Of a stretch of 64,000 nucleotides of DNA, positions 62,173-64,000 are shown piece by piece. The position numbers and the translations under genes are program-made. The first letter of the stretch is position 1. Every line of letters begins with the position of its first letter. Source of the DNA: Patescibacteria group bacterium (GTDB taxonomy: Bacteria; Patescibacteriota; Minisyncoccia; UBA6257; UBA9933); assembly GCA_038065035.1 (NCBI GenBank), contig JBBTRV010000007.1, positions 2,382-66,381 on the forward strand, read 5' to 3'. The notes beneath the pieces are model-generated. The model saw nothing but the letters and a program-made list of their open reading frames with translations, was not told the origin of the DNA and made no database searches.

Positions 62173-62556
62173 ATGGGAAAAAAAATTTTAGTTGTGGACG
62201 ATGATATTTCCTTAAGAGAGATGTTAAATTTAACTTTAAAAACGTTAGGATATGATGTTTCTCTCGCGGAAAACTGGAAAAAAGCGTTGAATTTATTAAA
62301 ATCCGAAAACTTTGATATTTTAATGACGGATTTTCAGATGCCGCCGATGGAGGGCATTACAAATGGGATTGAATTAATCAGATTTGTAAAGTTAAATGAA
62401 ATCAATTCCGAAATGAAAATTATTTTGATGTCGGCAGAAATGAATGAAAGTATTGAATTAGTGGCTTTGGCTGCTGGCACCGACGCGGCGGTAAATAAGT
62501 TTGAAATATGCCGCATAGAAGCAATAAAAAAGCTATTAGAATTAGATATTTCTTAA
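62173..62556 (+). CDS. stand-alone response-regulator receiver domain (CheY-like)
   Basis: KILVVDDD ... phospho-acceptor D in LMTDFQMP ... conserved K; TAAGGAGGATTGGAA SD. Confidence 0.85.
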   Translation: MGKKILVVDDDISLREMLNLTLKTLGYDVSLAENWKKALNLLKSENFDILMTDFQMPPMEGITNGIELIRFVKLNEINSEMKIILMSAEMNESIELVALAAGTDAAVNKFEICRIEAIKKLLELDIS

Positions 62557-62576
62557 TAATGGAATATTTTTCCTCG

Positions 62577-62610
62577 GCCCTTCTGGTATTCGCGTCGGAA
62601 GGGCTTTTTT
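62577..62610 (+). terminator. rho-independent terminator (GCCCTTC ... GAAGGGC TTTTTT)
   Basis: 7-bp GC stem plus T6 right after the receiver gene. Confidence 0.7.
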
Positions 62611-62643
62611 ATTTCGATTTTAAATTAAGGTATAATTAACACG

Positions 62644-64000
62644 ATGGCCAACCAAGAAATCGCGAAAATTTTTTATCAAATCGCCCGTTACTTGGAAATG
62701 GACGGCGTGGCTTTTAAACCATACGCCTATGAAAAAGCGGCTTTGATTTTGGAAACCATAAAAGACGATGTCGTGGAGATTTACGCGAAAGGCGGAATTA
62801 AGGCGTTGGAAGAAATACCGGGAATCGGCAAAAGCATTGCCGAGAAAATAGAAGAATATCTGAAAAAAGGCAAAATCAAATATTATGAAGAGTTAAAAAA
62901 GCAAATGCCTTTAAATATTGATGAGCTTATAAGAGTTGAAGGCTTAGGGCCGAGAAAAATAAAAATCTTATACGAGAAATTAGGAATTAAAAATTTGAAA
63001 GATTTGGAGAAAGCGGCCAAAGCCCATAAAATCGCGCCTCTTTTCGGATTTGGCGAAAAAACCGAGCAGAACATTTTAGAAGGCATTGAATTCGCCAAAA
63101 GAGAAAAAGGCAGGTTTTTACTGGGCGACATTTTGCCGGAAGTGGAAATAATTTACGAAAAGCTGAAAAATCTGGAAAGCGTTGAGAAAATAAGTTTGGC
63201 AGGGTCTTTAAGGAGAATGAAAGAAACAATCGGCGATGTTGATTTTCTGGTAATTTCCAATAATCCTCGGTTGGTTATGGATTTTTTTATTTCTTTACCC
63301 GGAATTGTTAAAGTCTGGGGCAAGGGAGCGACAAAATCTTCAGTCCGGATGAAAAACGGCTATGATGTGGATATCCGCGTTGTACCGTCAAAAAGCTATG
63401 GCTCGGCATTGCAGTATTTTACCGGCTCAAAAGAGCATAATATTATTTTGCGCAAAATCGCTATTGATAAAGGATACAAACTTTCGGAGTATGGTTTGTT
63501 TAAGAGTTCAAAAATGATTGCCGGAGAAAATGAAGAAGATATTTATGAAAAACTGGGGCTCCAATGGGTTCCGCCGGAGATAAGGGAGAATACCGGCGAG
63601 ATTGAGGCAGCTTTGAAAAATAAATTGCCAAAACTGGTAGAATTAAAAGACATCAAGGGTGATTTGCATACGCAAACGAATTGGAATGGCGGAGCCAATT
63701 CAATAGAAGAAATGGCGGAAATAGCGATGGCAATGGGCTATGAATATATCGGCATTTCTGACCACACGAAATTTTTAAAAATTGAGCACGGATTAGACGA
63801 GAAGCAGATATTAAAACAAAGAAAAGAAATAAATAATATCAACTCAAAACTCAAAACCAAAGGCCAAAAGCTAAAAATTTTACACGGTTGCGAAGCGAAT
63901 ATAATGTCTGATGGCTCTATTGATATTAAAGATGAAGTTTTGGCGCAATTGGATTATGTGATTGCCGGCGTTCATTCACAGTTAAAAATGCCAAAAAAAC
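62644..64000 (+). CDS. family X DNA polymerase (PolX) with C-terminal PHP domain; 3' partial, runs off the window
   Basis: HhH motifs IPGIGKSIAEKI, nucleotidyltransferase GSLRRMKETIGDVDFLV, PHP-like DLHTQTNWNGG ... ISDHT; no stop before position 64000. Confidence 0.85.
   Translation, partial: MANQEIAKIFYQIARYLEMDGVAFKPYAYEKAALILETIKDDVVEIYAKGGIKALEEIPGIGKSIAEKIEEYLKKGKIKYYEELKKQMPLNIDELIRVEGLGPRKIKILYEKLGIKNLKDLEKAAKAHKIAPLFGFGEKTEQNILEGIEFAKREKGRFLLGDILPEVEIIYEKLKNLESVEKISLAGSLRRMKETIGDVDFLVISNNPRLVMDFFISLPGIVKVWGKGATKSSVRMKNGYDVDIRVVPSKSYGSALQYFTGSKEHNIILRKIAIDKGYKLSEYGLFKSSKMIAGENEEDIYEKLGLQWVPPEIRENTGEIEAALKNKLPKLVELKDIKGDLHTQTNWNGGANSIEEMAEIAMAMGYEYIGISDHTKFLKIEHGLDEKQILKQRKEINNINSKLKTKGQKLKILHGCEANIMSDGSIDIKDEVLAQLDYVIAGVHSQLKMPKK

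Noticed and set aside
1-64000. Alternative genetic code (UGA as a sense codon, as in Gracilibacteria/Absconditabacteria)
   Set aside because: Long conserved genes (dnaE, uvrA, pnp, gyrB) are uninterrupted in standard translation and several end in TGA. There is no sign of in-frame TGA within conserved domains.
1-64000. tRNA, rRNA or CRISPR arrays
   Set aside because: No GGTTCGAATCC-type T-arms or cloverleaf candidates were seen in intergenic spaces, nothing resembling 16S/23S/5S, and no regularly spaced direct repeats with unique spacers. The repeats present are heptamer arrays or hairpin elements.

Overview
The window is AT-rich bacterial DNA that reads in the standard genetic code: long ORFs are intact and UGA is not used as a sense codon. 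Gene content and organisation look like a reduced, Candidate-Phyla-Radiation/Patescibacteria-like genome, with short versions of housekeeping proteins, many small membrane proteins and surface-structure genes; this lineage assignment is an inference from gene content. Confidently recognisable genes: uvrA, truncated uvrC, glyA, rtcB with a neighbouring archease, a Mur-ligase, two M23 peptidases, ruvA, rpsT, pnp, rpsO, xerC/D, a DksA/TraR zinc finger, comM/yifB, pcrA/uvrD, rsmA/ksgA, a UbiA-type prenyltransferase, fpg, pyrG, holA-like, gyrB, secE-nusG-rplK, gatB, a membrane-anchored two-AAA Clp-type ATPase, a D-2-hydroxyacid dehydrogenase, dnaE, miaA, an orphan receiver domain, an orphan PAS histidine kinase, and a PolX polymerase running off the 3' edge. 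The most system-like stretch is an ~11.5 kb gene cluster (29952..41403) that looks like a minimal Gram-positive-type type IV secretion or pilus apparatus. It has a VirB6-like polytopic protein, a PrgI/VirB3-like protein, a VirB4 ATPase split into two ORFs, a T4SS-type pilin with a Cys-rich C-terminal extension, and several secreted proteins; no coupling protein, relaxase or VirB11 is visible. Other features that the gene calls do not explain: a repeated ~135-bp structured intergenic element (two copies with covarying GC hairpins, two looser relatives); a long hairpin directly 5' of pnp; shared TACGAA heptamer arrays in two promoter regions; heptamer tandem-repeat arrays inside several conserved genes, one of them a palindromic in-frame insertion in pcrA; an orphan gene bracketed by a perfect 15-bp inverted repeat; and three groups of very small ORFs carrying unusually long Shine-Dalgarno matches (AAGGAGGTGAT), one of them beside a ~300-nt GC-rich structured non-coding region. 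No rRNA, tRNA or CRISPR array was found.
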